Shown here: one piece after another, positions 1-9,780 of the stretch
How the letters are laid out: each line of letters opens with the position of its first letter
How positions within the stretch are numbered: the first letter of the stretch is position 1
Assembly (NCBI GenBank): GCA_902763905.1
Contig: CACWUA010000005.1
Span: 7,373-71,372 of the forward strand
Length of the DNA stretch: 64,000 nucleotides
Reading direction: 5' to 3'
Origin: an uncultured Pseudomonadota bacterium
GTDB lineage: Bacteria > Pseudomonadota > Alphaproteobacteria > RF32 > CAG-239
Notes under the pieces: model-generated
Databases searched by the model: none
What the model was told of the DNA's origin: nothing
Seen by the model: the letters and a program-made list of their open reading frames with translations, nothing else
Translations under genes and position numbers: made by a program

Positions 1-1
1 C

Positions 2-289
2 AACAGCCCGATATTGATTTTGGATGAGGCAACATCATCACTGGACAGCGAATCTGAAAGCATTGTTGCCGAGGCTATCAATAACTTACTCGGCAAGCAA
101 ACCGTTATTGCTATTGCACACCGGCTCTCAACTTTACGCAAAATGGATAGAATTATTTATTTAGAGCAAGGTAAAGTTGCGGAAGTCGGCACTTTTGATG
201 AACTGGCGAAAAAGAAAAACGGCAAATTCTCCAAGTTATGGAAAATGCAACAGTTAGCAAAAAAGGAGGCGGATGATGAAATTGTTTGA
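2..289 (+). CDS. ABC transporter ATP-binding/permease protein, C-terminal fragment (5' end lies outside window)
   Basis: Frame is open from the window edge. Walker B ILILDEATSSLD and H-loop AIAHRLST are present. Tail resembles MsbA/ABCB-type half transporters. Confidence 0.85.
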   Translation, partial: NSPILILDEATSSLDSESESIVAEAINNLLGKQTVIAIAHRLSTLRKMDRIIYLEQGKVAEVGTFDELAKKKNGKFSKLWKMQQLAKKEADDEIV

Positions 290-2051
290 AAATATACCGA
301 ATATGCGTAAGGTGCCGTCAAATCCGCTGTTGTTTATGTGGGAGGCAATATATGGCGCGCGCAAATGGGCGTTTATCGGTATGGCTTTAGCTTTTGGTTT
401 GCAGTTGATGAAAATTTATGTGCCGGTGTATTTTTCGCAGATGATTGATTATTTTACGAAAATAACGCCGGAGGAATTTGCGTGGGAAAAAATGTGGTGG
501 TTTCTGGCGGCTATTTTTGCCGCGTATATCGGGCAATCATTGTTTAGAATGGTTCGCGAGCTGATAGAATTAAACAATGTCGAAAATTTTATGAGCGCTA
601 AAATTATGCTGTTTGCGGTGGATTATCTTTCCAAACATTCGGAAAATTATTTTGCAGCGCAGAAAACCGGTCAGCTCTCGCAAAAAGCGACAAACTGCGC
701 CGAAAAAGCAGCCGCGGCTCGTGGTTATATTTCGCGTCTTTACAGCAATATTTTCAACGTTTTGATTAACTTTTTTTACATAGGTTGTGTCAGTTTATGG
801 TTTTTATTGCTTGTAGTGATTTTCGGTTCTATATCGGCATATGCCTCGTATAAATCGAGTTTCAAATTACGCGAATTAAACAAAAAAACCGATGATTTGT
901 GGGATGATTTCCATGGTGTGGTGGCCGACAGTATAGGCAATGCCTTGAATGTGAAAGCAAGCGGTAGCGAAGAATATGAAATTTCGTTTGTGAAAAAAAT
1001 CTTCAATCAGTGTAAAATGGCGCGTTTTGATGCCATAGAGCAGTTTCAAAACAGCATTTGCTTTCAGCGGGCAATGGTGTGCTTGTTTGAAGTCTGCGCC
1101 TTATTTTTGTTGATTTATCTGTGGTATTACGAAAAAGTTAGCATCGGCGATGTAACTTTGGTGCTGATGTTGATGGGGATGATTATGGATTGTTTCACCG
1201 CCATATTGGGTAATATCAGCACGCTTAATACGCTCTTGGGTGCATTGCAGGCGGCAATGATGCCGTTTGTGGTCAAGCATGAGATTATCGACGCGCCACA
1301 CGCCAAAGTACTCAAAATCAGCGGCGGAGAGATAGAATTTAAGAATGTAAAATTCGGTTATGACAACAAAAAGGTATTCAATAAACTATCTTTAAGGATT
1401 AAAGCCGGCGAAAAAATCGGCATTGTCGGAGCTTCGGGCAGCGGTAAAAGCACATTGATAAATCTGTTGCAACGCGCTTATGATATTGATGCCGGCGAAA
1501 TTTTGATAGATGGGCAGAATGTGGCAAAAGTCAAGCAAAATAGCTTGCATGATGCGATTGCCCTTATTCCGCAAGATACATCGCTGTTTCATCGCACCGT
1601 CAGTCAAAATATAGCCTACGGACATCTGAAGGCTAAACAAAGCGAGATTGAAAAAGCGGCAAAACAAGCCTATGCCGATGATTTTATCAAAGAATTGCCA
1701 AAAGGGTACCAAACCAAAGTCGGCGAAAAAGGCGTGAAACTTTCCGGTGGACAGCGGCAACGTGTGGCGATTGCTCGGGCAATTTTGAAAAATTCGCCGA
1801 TACTGATTTTAGACGAGGCAACTTCGGCTCTTGACAGCGAGGCCGAGAAATATATTCAAAAAGCCATGAAAAACTTAATGAAAAACAAAACAGTGATTGC
1901 GATTGCCCATAGATTATCTACTTTGAAGGAGATGGATAGAATTATTGTTTTGGATAAAGGCAAAATCGTCGAACAGGGCAAAATGGCGGAATTATTGGTT
2001 GCCGGCGGCAAATTCCAACACCTATGGGAAGTACAAAATAGCGAGCAATAA
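273..2051 (+). CDS. ABC transporter permease/ATP-binding protein (MsbA/ABCB-like half transporter, probable heterodimer partner of the upstream gene)
   Basis: RBS AAGGAGG at 263-269 and a 17-nt overlap with the upstream CDS. N-terminal multi-TM domain. Walker A GASGSGKST, signature LSGGQRQR, Walker B ILILDEATSALD. Confidence 0.9.
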   Translation: MMKLFENIPNMRKVPSNPLLFMWEAIYGARKWAFIGMALAFGLQLMKIYVPVYFSQMIDYFTKITPEEFAWEKMWWFLAAIFAAYIGQSLFRMVRELIELNNVENFMSAKIMLFAVDYLSKHSENYFAAQKTGQLSQKATNCAEKAAAARGYISRLYSNIFNVLINFFYIGCVSLWFLLLVVIFGSISAYASYKSSFKLRELNKKTDDLWDDFHGVVADSIGNALNVKASGSEEYEISFVKKIFNQCKMARFDAIEQFQNSICFQRAMVCLFEVCALFLLIYLWYYEKVSIGDVTLVLMLMGMIMDCFTAILGNISTLNTLLGALQAAMMPFVVKHEIIDAPHAKVLKISGGEIEFKNVKFGYDNKKVFNKLSLRIKAGEKIGIVGASGSGKSTLINLLQRAYDIDAGEILIDGQNVAKVKQNSLHDAIALIPQDTSLFHRTVSQNIAYGHLKAKQSEIEKAAKQAYADDFIKELPKGYQTKVGEKGVKLSGGQRQRVAIARAILKNSPILILDEATSALDSEAEKYIQKAMKNLMKNKTVIAIAHRLSTLKEMDRIIVLDKGKIVEQGKMAELLVAGGKFQHLWEVQNSEQ

Positions 2052-2075
2052 TGGTTTGACAAATATTAGTTATTT

Positions 2076-2333
2076 ATGTACAATATAAACAGTGATAAAT
2101 ATCAAAGAAAGGATTTTGGGATGGGAACAAAAGTAAAAACGCCGGAAATTAACAGCAATCCTGTTGATGCGGCCGAACGTTTGCGCAAAATGATAAAAAC
2201 AAATACGGAAAACAATATCAATCCGGAGCAAGATATAACGGTAAAACAAAATTCATCAAATGAAAGCCCTGCGGAATTTGATCAATATGGGCGGTTAAAA
2301 AATCGCAATTTTAAGGATGATGAGGGCCGGTAA
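2076..2333 (+). CDS. small hypothetical protein (85 aa; true start may be ATG 2121)
   Basis: ORF only. Hydrophilic and low complexity, no recognisable motif. First gene of a same-strand cluster. Confidence 0.3.
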   Translation: MYNINSDKYQRKDFGMGTKVKTPEINSNPVDAAERLRKMIKTNTENNINPEQDITVKQNSSNESPAEFDQYGRLKNRNFKDDEGR

Positions 2334-2347
2334 TAAGGGCTAAAATT

Positions 2348-2851
2348 ATGAAACTATACCATTACGCGCCCAAAGAAAATACCGTGAAAGAAAAAGGCCT
2401 GCTATCAATATCCAAAGGCCCGCGGGATTTGCGCGCTTATGCCCATCGTGCCGGTTCGGAAAACAAAGATGAGATAATGGCTTGGCTTGATAGAACTTTT
2501 GCCGGCAGAAGTCGGGCGATTTCGTGTTTAACCGAACCGATAAAATGGCAAGGAAACGATGCGGTGTTAAAAGCGATTGTTGACCGCTCGGCATTGTTTT
2601 CGTTTGAATTGGAAGATTTGTTGAAAGCCGGACTTGTGGAATCAATTTGGTGCAAAAACGGCTCGGATGCCGGCGGCTATAATGAAAAATTCTTTGAGGT
2701 CAAACCGGAAGAAATCGACTTGTCACCTTTAACTTGGGAAAAAGTCGATGCCGCAAAAGATTTGCTTTATGCAGTGGTGCGGCACTACCTGATTGTGCTT
2801 AAAGACGGCTACATTCCGCCTCAATATTTGCGTGAGGAGCAAAATGACTGA
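2348..2851 (+). CDS. hypothetical protein (167 aa)
   Basis: ORF whose stop overlaps the next start (ATGACTGA at 2844-2851), suggesting translational coupling. The N-terminal KLYHYAP...KGLLS only loosely recalls the strand-1 motif of ADP-ribosyltransferase-fold proteins and is not sufficient for a call. Confidence 0.55.
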   Translation: MKLYHYAPKENTVKEKGLLSISKGPRDLRAYAHRAGSENKDEIMAWLDRTFAGRSRAISCLTEPIKWQGNDAVLKAIVDRSALFSFELEDLLKAGLVESIWCKNGSDAGGYNEKFFEVKPEEIDLSPLTWEKVDAAKDLLYAVVRHYLIVLKDGYIPPQYLREEQND

Positions 2852-3419
2852 AGAAAATAATAAGAATTGTCCTGAAACTTGTCCGTACCTACAAGGTTGG
2901 CATGATTTTTGCGCCTTATTTATGCGAAAATTAGAAACATCGCAAGATGTAACGTGGCGGTGTGAAGAATGCTTAAATCCAGAACAGCGCAAAAATACGG
3001 CTAAAATGGCCGAATTGCGCGGTGATGCGCGAGCTGTTTCTTTTAGAGAAAATACCGGTTTTGATGGCAATACTTTAAAAGTTAATCATAAACGCGAAGA
3101 AGAAGGCTTGCGCCAAAAGTTTATCGGGTTTTTGGAAGATAAATTCGGCTCAAAACCACCGTTAGAGGGTAACACGGCCTTAAAAAATCTGATTGTTAAT
3201 TTATTTATGGCGTTGGATGCAACCGAGCGTAATATGATGAATGCGGTATTAAACGGCAAACGCGGTATGTCGCTGATTAAGGCGATTGATAAAGCTCCGA
3301 AAGATGAATCGCTTTTGCGGAATGTTCGCCGCGAACTTGAAGACCATTTTGAACAACACAAGCGCGATATAAAAATCGCCAGATACAATTACGAAAATGG
3401 CCAACGCGTAAACAGTTAG
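2844..3419 (+). CDS. hypothetical protein with Cys-rich N-terminus (191 aa)
   Basis: RBS GAGGAG at 2834-2839 and ATG 2844 overlapping the upstream stop. CPETCP...C...CEEC cluster suggests metal binding. The rest looks helical and charged. Confidence 0.55.
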   Translation: MTEENNKNCPETCPYLQGWHDFCALFMRKLETSQDVTWRCEECLNPEQRKNTAKMAELRGDARAVSFRENTGFDGNTLKVNHKREEEGLRQKFIGFLEDKFGSKPPLEGNTALKNLIVNLFMALDATERNMMNAVLNGKRGMSLIKAIDKAPKDESLLRNVRRELEDHFEQHKRDIKIARYNYENGQRVNS

Positions 3420-3478
3420 GTGTGATTTTTCTTAATTTTTGACAAAAAATAGTGTAAAAAGAAAATAAAGGAATAAAA

Positions 3479-5998
3479 ATGGCAGATGACGGATTAAATA
3501 TTGATTTTGGTGAGATGTATGCTTTTGACATGGTGGATGGCGATAAAACTGTCGGCCAGATGAATGTCAGCGTGCATAAACAAAAAACGTCTTCTCGCGG
3601 CGAAAACCAGATTTATCCGAATTCATGGTTTATCGGCGATACCGAGAAATTAAAGCCTGTTTTGGAAATTGATGGTTTCGGTACAGTCGGAAATCAAGGT
3701 AAAGGCTATGGCCGTGCCGGTTTGCAACGTGCTTATGAAATGAGCCTTGAAAAAGGTTGCGATGGTCGCGTTGAAGTTCATGCTACTTGGGAAGCCGGTA
3801 AGTTTTACGAACATTGCGGATTTGTCGGCAAAAATGGCAAAAAAAATGGAAAGCCTGGAATTAAATATTTTGAGCCTACAGAGAAAAATGTTGCGGATTT
3901 GTATGAAGGCGGCAAACGTGAAAATTTGCGTTTGCAAACAGCTAAACCGATGGATTTTGGCGATATTGATATAGATGCTTTGTTGGCTGAAGCCGAAGTA
4001 AAACAACCGATAAAACGTTTGCGTGATGTAGAACAAATCTTTTTGGCAGGAAATACGCAGGTTGAAAGCAAAGCCGATTTAGCCAAGATTGTTGAAGAAC
4101 CGTGTTTAGCAGTTTGTGAGAATTTATACGATAAAAATATCTTAACTTATTGGAGTTCTGCCAATAAAAATGCGCCGGACAGAGCGTATGTGCTGATTCG
4201 CTATGAAAGCCTTGATGACAACAACAAAAAAATTGCCGATGATATGATTGCTAAGGGTATTTTGAGTGATGAACCGCGTTATCAATTTGATTCATTTAAT
4301 ACCGCGCAAGAATACGGCAAAGCCTTATATTTGGGGATAGATACCAATCCCGATATGGAGGTAGCGGAAATCTCGGAAAAATTATGCAAGATTGCCGCTG
4401 AATTTGCACCGCAAGACATAAAATACAATGTTTATACGCCGCAGTATTTGTTGGAAAATTATTTTGCAAGCGGCGGCAATAAATCGTTTGCGTTTCCAAG
4501 TCTCAAAACAGCAATTTGTGGAGAAAAAGATGAAGATATTAAACCGGATCGAGAAGCGATATTAACATCAATTAAAATTATGATGAAATACAAACAAGAA
4601 ACCGGTCTTTCTGCCGATGATATGCGTGAGGTTGCCGCTAAAATCGGTTGGCTTTATAATGAAGAAAACGGTTGTTTATATAAAGATAAAGAAACACTTC
4701 GTCGACACAATGAATATGTTAAACAAGAGGAACACATGGTTAGCTTCAAGGATATAGTTAATTTTAAGTATGGTGAACAAGAAGTTGATAAAGATATCAG
4801 AGAGTTGTTGGCAACTGACGAGTTTCATCCGGCTTACGCCGATGTGGTGCGAGAATTTTTAGCTCCGGAAATTGCAAATTGTAAAAAGTCCGTTGATGAT
4901 GACACTCACCATCTGCAAGTGCATATTCACGGCCCGATGTGCGAAGATGCTTTAACCCGCACACCTCAAGAACTTAATCCGGAATTGGATTGGTTAGGCT
5001 TTAATGAAGAAAAACGTAAATTCTGGTACGATTATTTCGTGCATCCGAAATTCGGTCGGCAAAAAACACCTCCTTTATCTATCTTGCAAAACAACGATAA
5101 AAAATTGATTATGTATCCGTTTGGCTTATCGAGAGACGCTTTTTATAGCGTATATACCGAAATTCATGAGCTTATGCACGGAATTCAGGCAAAATATGAT
5201 GATGCCCAAAAGGAAGACGAATATCTGAAAGAGCATTATGAGCTTTTGTATCAGGGCAAATCACGAGATGAGGCTAAGGAAATTCAGGCGGCCAAAAATC
5301 CGCACTTAAAAGAAGATACGCATTACGGTCGGTGCATCAGAGAAATGCAAGCGAATTCGGCGGCAACGACATATATGATGCTTAAAGCGGTGGAAACCGG
5401 CGATAAAGATTTGATAGCAAAAGTTGAACAACGTCTGCTTAATGAATCGGCTTCTATGTCCGGTGCTTTGATGAATGAACGTTTGGGTTTGGCATATTTT
5501 GAATATCCGGCAACAAAGAAGATTATTAAGGAAGTAAAACAAGGTAAATGTGCGCATTTATTAAACGAAAACGGCTTATTAAACTGGTCGGCGCTTTACA
5601 AATATACCAAAGATAAAGTTGCAGAGATGGGATATAGCAAAGAAGACATGAATGAATCACTTAATACTGCTAAAATGCTGAAAGAAATCAAAGCTAAGCA
5701 TCCGGACAGCAAAGAAGAATTTTTATCTGCCGTAGAAAAAGAAGCCATGAATGTGCCGCATCCGCACAATAAAATATTTAGCCAATTTGTTGAGGCTGAG
5801 CGTGACTATACACCGGATTCTTCACAGAATTTGCATCGATTTTATGATTATTTAGGCGTTAAAGACAATCGCGAGACGTTGCTTGAAAAAGCCGACAGCA
5901 AAAATGTGCCGCACATTGAGGAATACCGTCAAATATACACTAAGAACAAAGTATTGCAACAAAAAATACAAACGCAGCTTATAAACAAAGTTCGTTAA
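3479..5998 (+). CDS. large multidomain protein (839 aa): N-terminal GNAT-like acetyltransferase fold, C-terminal region with HExxH motif
   Basis: RBS AAAGGAA before ATG 3479. GNAT motif-A-like NQGKGYGRAGLQRAY...FYEHCGF lies in the first ~150 aa. HELMH (EIHELMHGIQ) at about residue 560. No signal peptide. Confidence 0.6.
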   Translation: MADDGLNIDFGEMYAFDMVDGDKTVGQMNVSVHKQKTSSRGENQIYPNSWFIGDTEKLKPVLEIDGFGTVGNQGKGYGRAGLQRAYEMSLEKGCDGRVEVHATWEAGKFYEHCGFVGKNGKKNGKPGIKYFEPTEKNVADLYEGGKRENLRLQTAKPMDFGDIDIDALLAEAEVKQPIKRLRDVEQIFLAGNTQVESKADLAKIVEEPCLAVCENLYDKNILTYWSSANKNAPDRAYVLIRYESLDDNNKKIADDMIAKGILSDEPRYQFDSFNTAQEYGKALYLGIDTNPDMEVAEISEKLCKIAAEFAPQDIKYNVYTPQYLLENYFASGGNKSFAFPSLKTAICGEKDEDIKPDREAILTSIKIMMKYKQETGLSADDMREVAAKIGWLYNEENGCLYKDKETLRRHNEYVKQEEHMVSFKDIVNFKYGEQEVDKDIRELLATDEFHPAYADVVREFLAPEIANCKKSVDDDTHHLQVHIHGPMCEDALTRTPQELNPELDWLGFNEEKRKFWYDYFVHPKFGRQKTPPLSILQNNDKKLIMYPFGLSRDAFYSVYTEIHELMHGIQAKYDDAQKEDEYLKEHYELLYQGKSRDEAKEIQAAKNPHLKEDTHYGRCIREMQANSAATTYMMLKAVETGDKDLIAKVEQRLLNESASMSGALMNERLGLAYFEYPATKKIIKEVKQGKCAHLLNENGLLNWSALYKYTKDKVAEMGYSKEDMNESLNTAKMLKEIKAKHPDSKEEFLSAVEKEAMNVPHPHNKIFSQFVEAERDYTPDSSQNLHRFYDYLGVKDNRETLLEKADSKNVPHIEEYRQIYTKNKVLQQKIQTQLINKVR

Positions 5999-6803
5999 TT
6001 TCTTTACCCTTCATTAAAGGCGGATTGGACGTATTTTTCTTTTCTTTTTTATAGTTTTGAAAATTTTCCTGATGCAATTTTTGCACTTGTTCAGCACTGA
6101 TTTTAATTAAACCAACTTTAGCAATATGTAAAGGATTATCAGATTGTAACAGCCGTCTGCACACCTCTAACGAAACAACACTGCATACGCCTTTCTCGCG
6201 GCATATCGGTTTATCATTTTGAAAAGTAGTTATTTGCATACCGGTCTCGCTGAATTTATTTTTCAAGTGTTCAAGAGTAGCATTTACTTCTTTTGAAAAA
6301 TCAAGATCGCCACCGTCTCTTTTTGCATGCTGCTCTAAAATCATAATATTCATCGCATTATTTTTTCTGTCTGCCTCAATGCATAAAGCAACGCCATGAG
6401 ACTCTTTATCTGAAGAATAAATTGTTAACGGTGCAACAAATTTTTGCAACACATCATTTTTATCGCCCATTACGGCAGATAAAATAACCGAAACGTCATC
6501 AAGTAAAACAAATTGATTTTTCTCCGGATTTATCATAATTTCACCGGAAATCAGGCTTTTATGGTCACTTTCTTGCAAGACATACATAAAAGCTTCATTT
6601 TGAGTTTTAGAATTCAGCATTACCGATGTATCTAAAAATCCGCAATCCTCTGTTTGTTTGGCAAAATTCCGGCATATATGGCTGGTTGCTTGCAAATTGT
6701 ATCCTGTAGTCGGAATTTTAACACCTAAATTAGGAGAGTTCGTAATATTCCTGTAACTCTCTTCATCTAAATGGCGGTATCCGTGTGTTTTACAATCAGG
6801 CAT
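5979..6803 (-). CDS. YopJ-family (peptidase C55 / Ser-Thr acetyltransferase)-like effector candidate
   Basis: Strong RBS AGGAGA before ATG 6803. His...Glu...Cys spacing and context match YopJ: SHGVALCIE, then NIMILEQ 21 aa later, then GVCSVVSLEVCRRL 50 aa later (YopJ has HFSVID / LILFEP / CGIFSLALAKKL). The 3' end overlaps the convergent 839-aa gene by 20 nt. Confidence 0.5.
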   Translation of the reverse strand: MPDCKTHGYRHLDEESYRNITNSPNLGVKIPTTGYNLQATSHICRNFAKQTEDCGFLDTSVMLNSKTQNEAFMYVLQESDHKSLISGEIMINPEKNQFVLLDDVSVILSAVMGDKNDVLQKFVAPLTIYSSDKESHGVALCIEADRKNNAMNIMILEQHAKRDGGDLDFSKEVNATLEHLKNKFSETGMQITTFQNDKPICREKGVCSVVSLEVCRRLLQSDNPLHIAKVGLIKISAEQVQKLHQENFQNYKKEKKNTSNPPLMKGKEINELCL

Positions 6804-6856
6804 ATTATCTCCTTTGATTAAAAATATATCACAAAGCAATATAAAGCGCAATACAT

Positions 6857-7765
6857 TTAGTAGATTTTATTTTTGGTAATTTGTATCTGTTTTTGAGCCA
6901 ATATTTCCCTTTGATAACTACCGGCAAAATTTTCTAAAACCTTGGCTACTTCCGGCTTAAATGATGGGCGGTCTTTGCGCTTTTCGAGCGTATATCCGGT
7001 ATTGCTTAAAAACTGGTAATCAGCAGCCTTAACATCAATTTTATAATCAGATATTTTGTTGTATTCTTTAATCACATCAACGGCTAAGTCGCGATCAAGC
7101 CTATAAAGATGGAAAAAGTCTGTAATGCGCGGATTTACACCTGCCTCGCCAAAATCAATAAATCCGCTTAGTTTGTTATCTTTTACGACCATATTACCGG
7201 CGTGCAAATCGTTATGACACAAGGCTAAGCCATCTGTCGGAATTGTTGTTTTGAAGTTATCCAAGTTGATTTTTCCGTTGCTTATCTCTAAAATATGAGC
7301 CTTTGCGGTGGAATAATCAAAATCATTTTGCACGATTTTATTTTCATTGCGGTAAGTTTTAGCATATTTTTGCGTGACTGCTTGCACTTTTTCCAAAGGT
7401 ATATTGTGAACAGCCGCCAAAAGTTCAGCAATATCTATGGCCAACTGATGGCGTTGTTTGCTATCCATAGCAGAATAGTTATTTTTGATCTGATACGCTT
7501 CTAACAATTTGCCTTGAATCTCTTTATGATAGGCGCATTTACCGTTAAATAGCACATTCGTTACTTTGCTTTTCAGATTTTCCGGCAAATATTCTTGCAT
7601 TAAAGCGGAAATTTCGGCTTCACGCATTTGCTCCATTAGAGAATTCTCTCGGAGCGGAATACGCACAATATAGTCACCGACACGATAGCCTCTGGAACGT
7701 GAACCGCCGGAAAGTTCAACCGCATTCTCTGTGGCAAAAGGTAAATCAAAATCGCTTAAATCCAT
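6857..7765 (-). CDS. aminoglycoside phosphotransferase / choline-kinase-family protein kinase-like protein
   Basis: Catalytic loop HNDLHAGNMVV and metal-binding IDFGEAG motif typical of the APH/ChoK fold. 302 aa. Confidence 0.7.
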   Translation of the reverse strand: MDLSDFDLPFATENAVELSGGSRSRGYRVGDYIVRIPLRENSLMEQMREAEISALMQEYLPENLKSKVTNVLFNGKCAYHKEIQGKLLEAYQIKNNYSAMDSKQRHQLAIDIAELLAAVHNIPLEKVQAVTQKYAKTYRNENKIVQNDFDYSTAKAHILEISNGKINLDNFKTTIPTDGLALCHNDLHAGNMVVKDNKLSGFIDFGEAGVNPRITDFFHLYRLDRDLAVDVIKEYNKISDYKIDVKAADYQFLSNTGYTLEKRKDRPSFKPEVAKVLENFAGSYQREILAQKQIQITKNKIY

Positions 7766-7802
7766 AGTATAATTGTTATTCTTCTTAGTAAGCTCTCATC
7801 AA

Positions 7803-8675
7803 TCAATGTTGTCTCACCTTTTGAATAAGAAGAGGATTTTTCTGTGGTTGCTGTTTCTTTTCCGCCTTTGGCTTCGGTTCATCATCGTATCCCATTCGCA
7901 TCTGATCGCGTACCGGAGGAAATTTCGGTCCGTATCCTTTGCATTTTTCAATAAATTTTTCAAAATCCATTACTTTTTTTACATCAATATGATTTTCTTT
8001 CGCCCATTTTGTTACTGTTTCGATATTTTCCGGTGTTGTTATAATCGCTACCAATCTGCCGGGATTATCCTTAAAGTTGACATTATCTATCATCCAACCG
8101 GTTGAAGAAAGTTTATCATATTCCGTTTTATCTTTCGCCCTTATTGCAAATAAGCATCCGGCCGGATACGAAAAATTGCCGGTCAGATTCATATATTGTT
8201 CAACGGAAGTTCCGACCGTATCCTTATTTGTTACAGATATTTTGCCGCGCGGATCAAAACTGGTCGCGTGTCCCAATCTGTCTGCACCCGAAGATATTTG
8301 TCCGCTTTCGATAATGTGTTTTGCTCCTACAATATCTGTGCCGTGAAAACACCACGCTTCTTTGTGCTCGGCATATTTGGCAACTTTAGATGCAAATGTT
8401 TGTTTTTGCTGCATACGATATAAATAATCATTTGTTGTCGGTTCACGTAAAAAGGCTTGTTTTTCTTTAAGAGTATGAATTTCATTTACAGAAGCATTTA
8501 AAATATCTTGATAGGCGGCAATAGATGCTTTGTCATTTGCCTCTACAGCTTTTTTATATTCCATATTGTTTTTCTTTAATGAAATTTCCATTTTGTGCAG
8601 TCTGGTCTTTTCACGCATTTTATCGGTGATATAACCTTGGTGCAAAAGTTCCATTATTTTCTCGGTGTTTTCCAT
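7803..8675 (-). CDS. hypothetical protein (290 aa from ATG 8675), coiled-coil N-terminus, FHGT-motif C-terminal domain, basic/Pro-rich tail
   Basis: ORF extends to 8834, but the RBS-like AAGGAT precedes ATG 8675. WCFHGTDIVGAKHIIESGQI weakly recalls the H-motif of H-Y-E ADP-ribosyltransferases; this is unverified. Confidence 0.5.
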   Translation of the reverse strand: MENTEKIMELLHQGYITDKMREKTRLHKMEISLKKNNMEYKKAVEANDKASIAAYQDILNASVNEIHTLKEKQAFLREPTTNDYLYRMQQKQTFASKVAKYAEHKEAWCFHGTDIVGAKHIIESGQISSGADRLGHATSFDPRGKISVTNKDTVGTSVEQYMNLTGNFSYPAGCLFAIRAKDKTEYDKLSSTGWMIDNVNFKDNPGRLVAIITTPENIETVTKWAKENHIDVKKVMDFEKFIEKCKGYGPKFPPVRDQMRMGYDDEPKPKAEKKQQPQKNPLLIQKVRQH

Positions 8676-8871
8676 TTTTTTATCCTTATCAGCGGCTGAA
8701 CTATATAATGTATAACATATTTTGTCAAAAAAGTCAAATAAAATATATTGACTCAACAGGAGAAGAAGCTTGTTGTATGTCAAAACAGGAGTTTGCCATG
8801 ACGGAATATCCTTTGTTCCGCCACAATCATTCAAAGGTCGTAACGGCCGTTAAACAAAGCGCAATAAAAAA

Positions 8872-8901
8872 ACGCCGAAATTACATCGGCGTTTTTCTTT
8901 T
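8872..8901 (-). terminator. rho-independent terminator downstream of the BI-1/YccA gene
   Basis: Stem ACGCCGA/TCGGCGT (8881-8887/8895-8901), followed on the minus strand by a T-run (plus-strand A-run 8875-8880). Confidence 0.65.
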
Positions 8902-8912
8902 ATAAATCAGCC

Positions 8913-9656
8913 TTATCTTCTGTCACCGAAAATGCGGAGCAAATACAAGAACAGGTTGATAAAATCCAAATACAAACTGAGCGCACCGGAAATTGCATAG
9001 CGGGCAGTCATATCGCCGCTTCCGCTTCCGTAATAATACATTTGCTTAATGCGCTGAACATCAAATGCTGTCAAGCCCACAAAAATAGCCACACCGATAT
9101 ACGACAACGCCCAATACAAGGCGGTACTCTGCATAAAAATGTTAACAATGCTGGCAATAATCAGCCCGATTAAACCCATAAACAGAAAACTGCCGAGTTT
9201 GGTTAAATCACGATTCGTTGTATATCCGTAGAGACTGAGGGCACCAAAAGTTCCGGCAGTGATTAAAAATACGCGCGTAATACTGTGTCCGGTGTAGGCG
9301 ATACAAACCCAAGACAACGAAGCTCCCATCAAAGCCGAAAACAGCCAGAATATAAATTGAGTTGTTCCCAAACTCTTGTTAGCGGCAACATAATTGAATG
9401 CAAAAATCAAAATAAGAGGTGAAAAAGTAACCAGCCAGCCCAATCCGGTCATTCCTTGAGTTGTCGGATTATACAACAAGCTGAGCAACGCCGGTGAATT
9501 TGCAAACAAGTACGCCACCAGAGCGGTAACGAGCAAACCTACTCCCATATAATTAAATACGCTTATCATATATTGACGTAAACCCTGATCTACTTCGGAA
9601 GAGCTTCCGCTCAAAACTTCAACTGTAGGTTTATGCTGATATTCATTCATATCCAT
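8913..9656 (-). CDS. Bax inhibitor-1/YccA family membrane protein
   Basis: 7-TM profile, N-terminal LRQYMISVFNYMGVGL and C-terminal DFINLFLYLLRIFG typical of BI-1/YccA proteins. Confidence 0.85.
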   Translation of the reverse strand: MDMNEYQHKPTVEVLSGSSSEVDQGLRQYMISVFNYMGVGLLVTALVAYLFANSPALLSLLYNPTTQGMTGLGWLVTFSPLILIFAFNYVAANKSLGTTQFIFWLFSALMGASLSWVCIAYTGHSITRVFLITAGTFGALSLYGYTTNRDLTKLGSFLFMGLIGLIIASIVNIFMQSTALYWALSYIGVAIFVGLTAFDVQRIKQMYYYGSGSGDMTARYAISGALSLYLDFINLFLYLLRIFGDRR

Positions 9657-9780
9657 TTTACTCTCCTAAAAATAACCATTCTGAAATCAATATAGTTTTT
9701 TTTAAGTTAAAAATCAATAAATAATCTATACAAACCGAAAAAATGTTGCTATAAAGAACCTGTTACAAAGAGGAAAAACT

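Noticed and set aside
7773-8423. Plus-strand ORFs of 70-110 aa (7773..8105, 8077..8346, 8196..8423)
   Set aside because: They are antisense to the 7803..8675 gene. The translations are Phe/Leu/Ile-rich, as expected for the reverse strand of an AT-rich gene.
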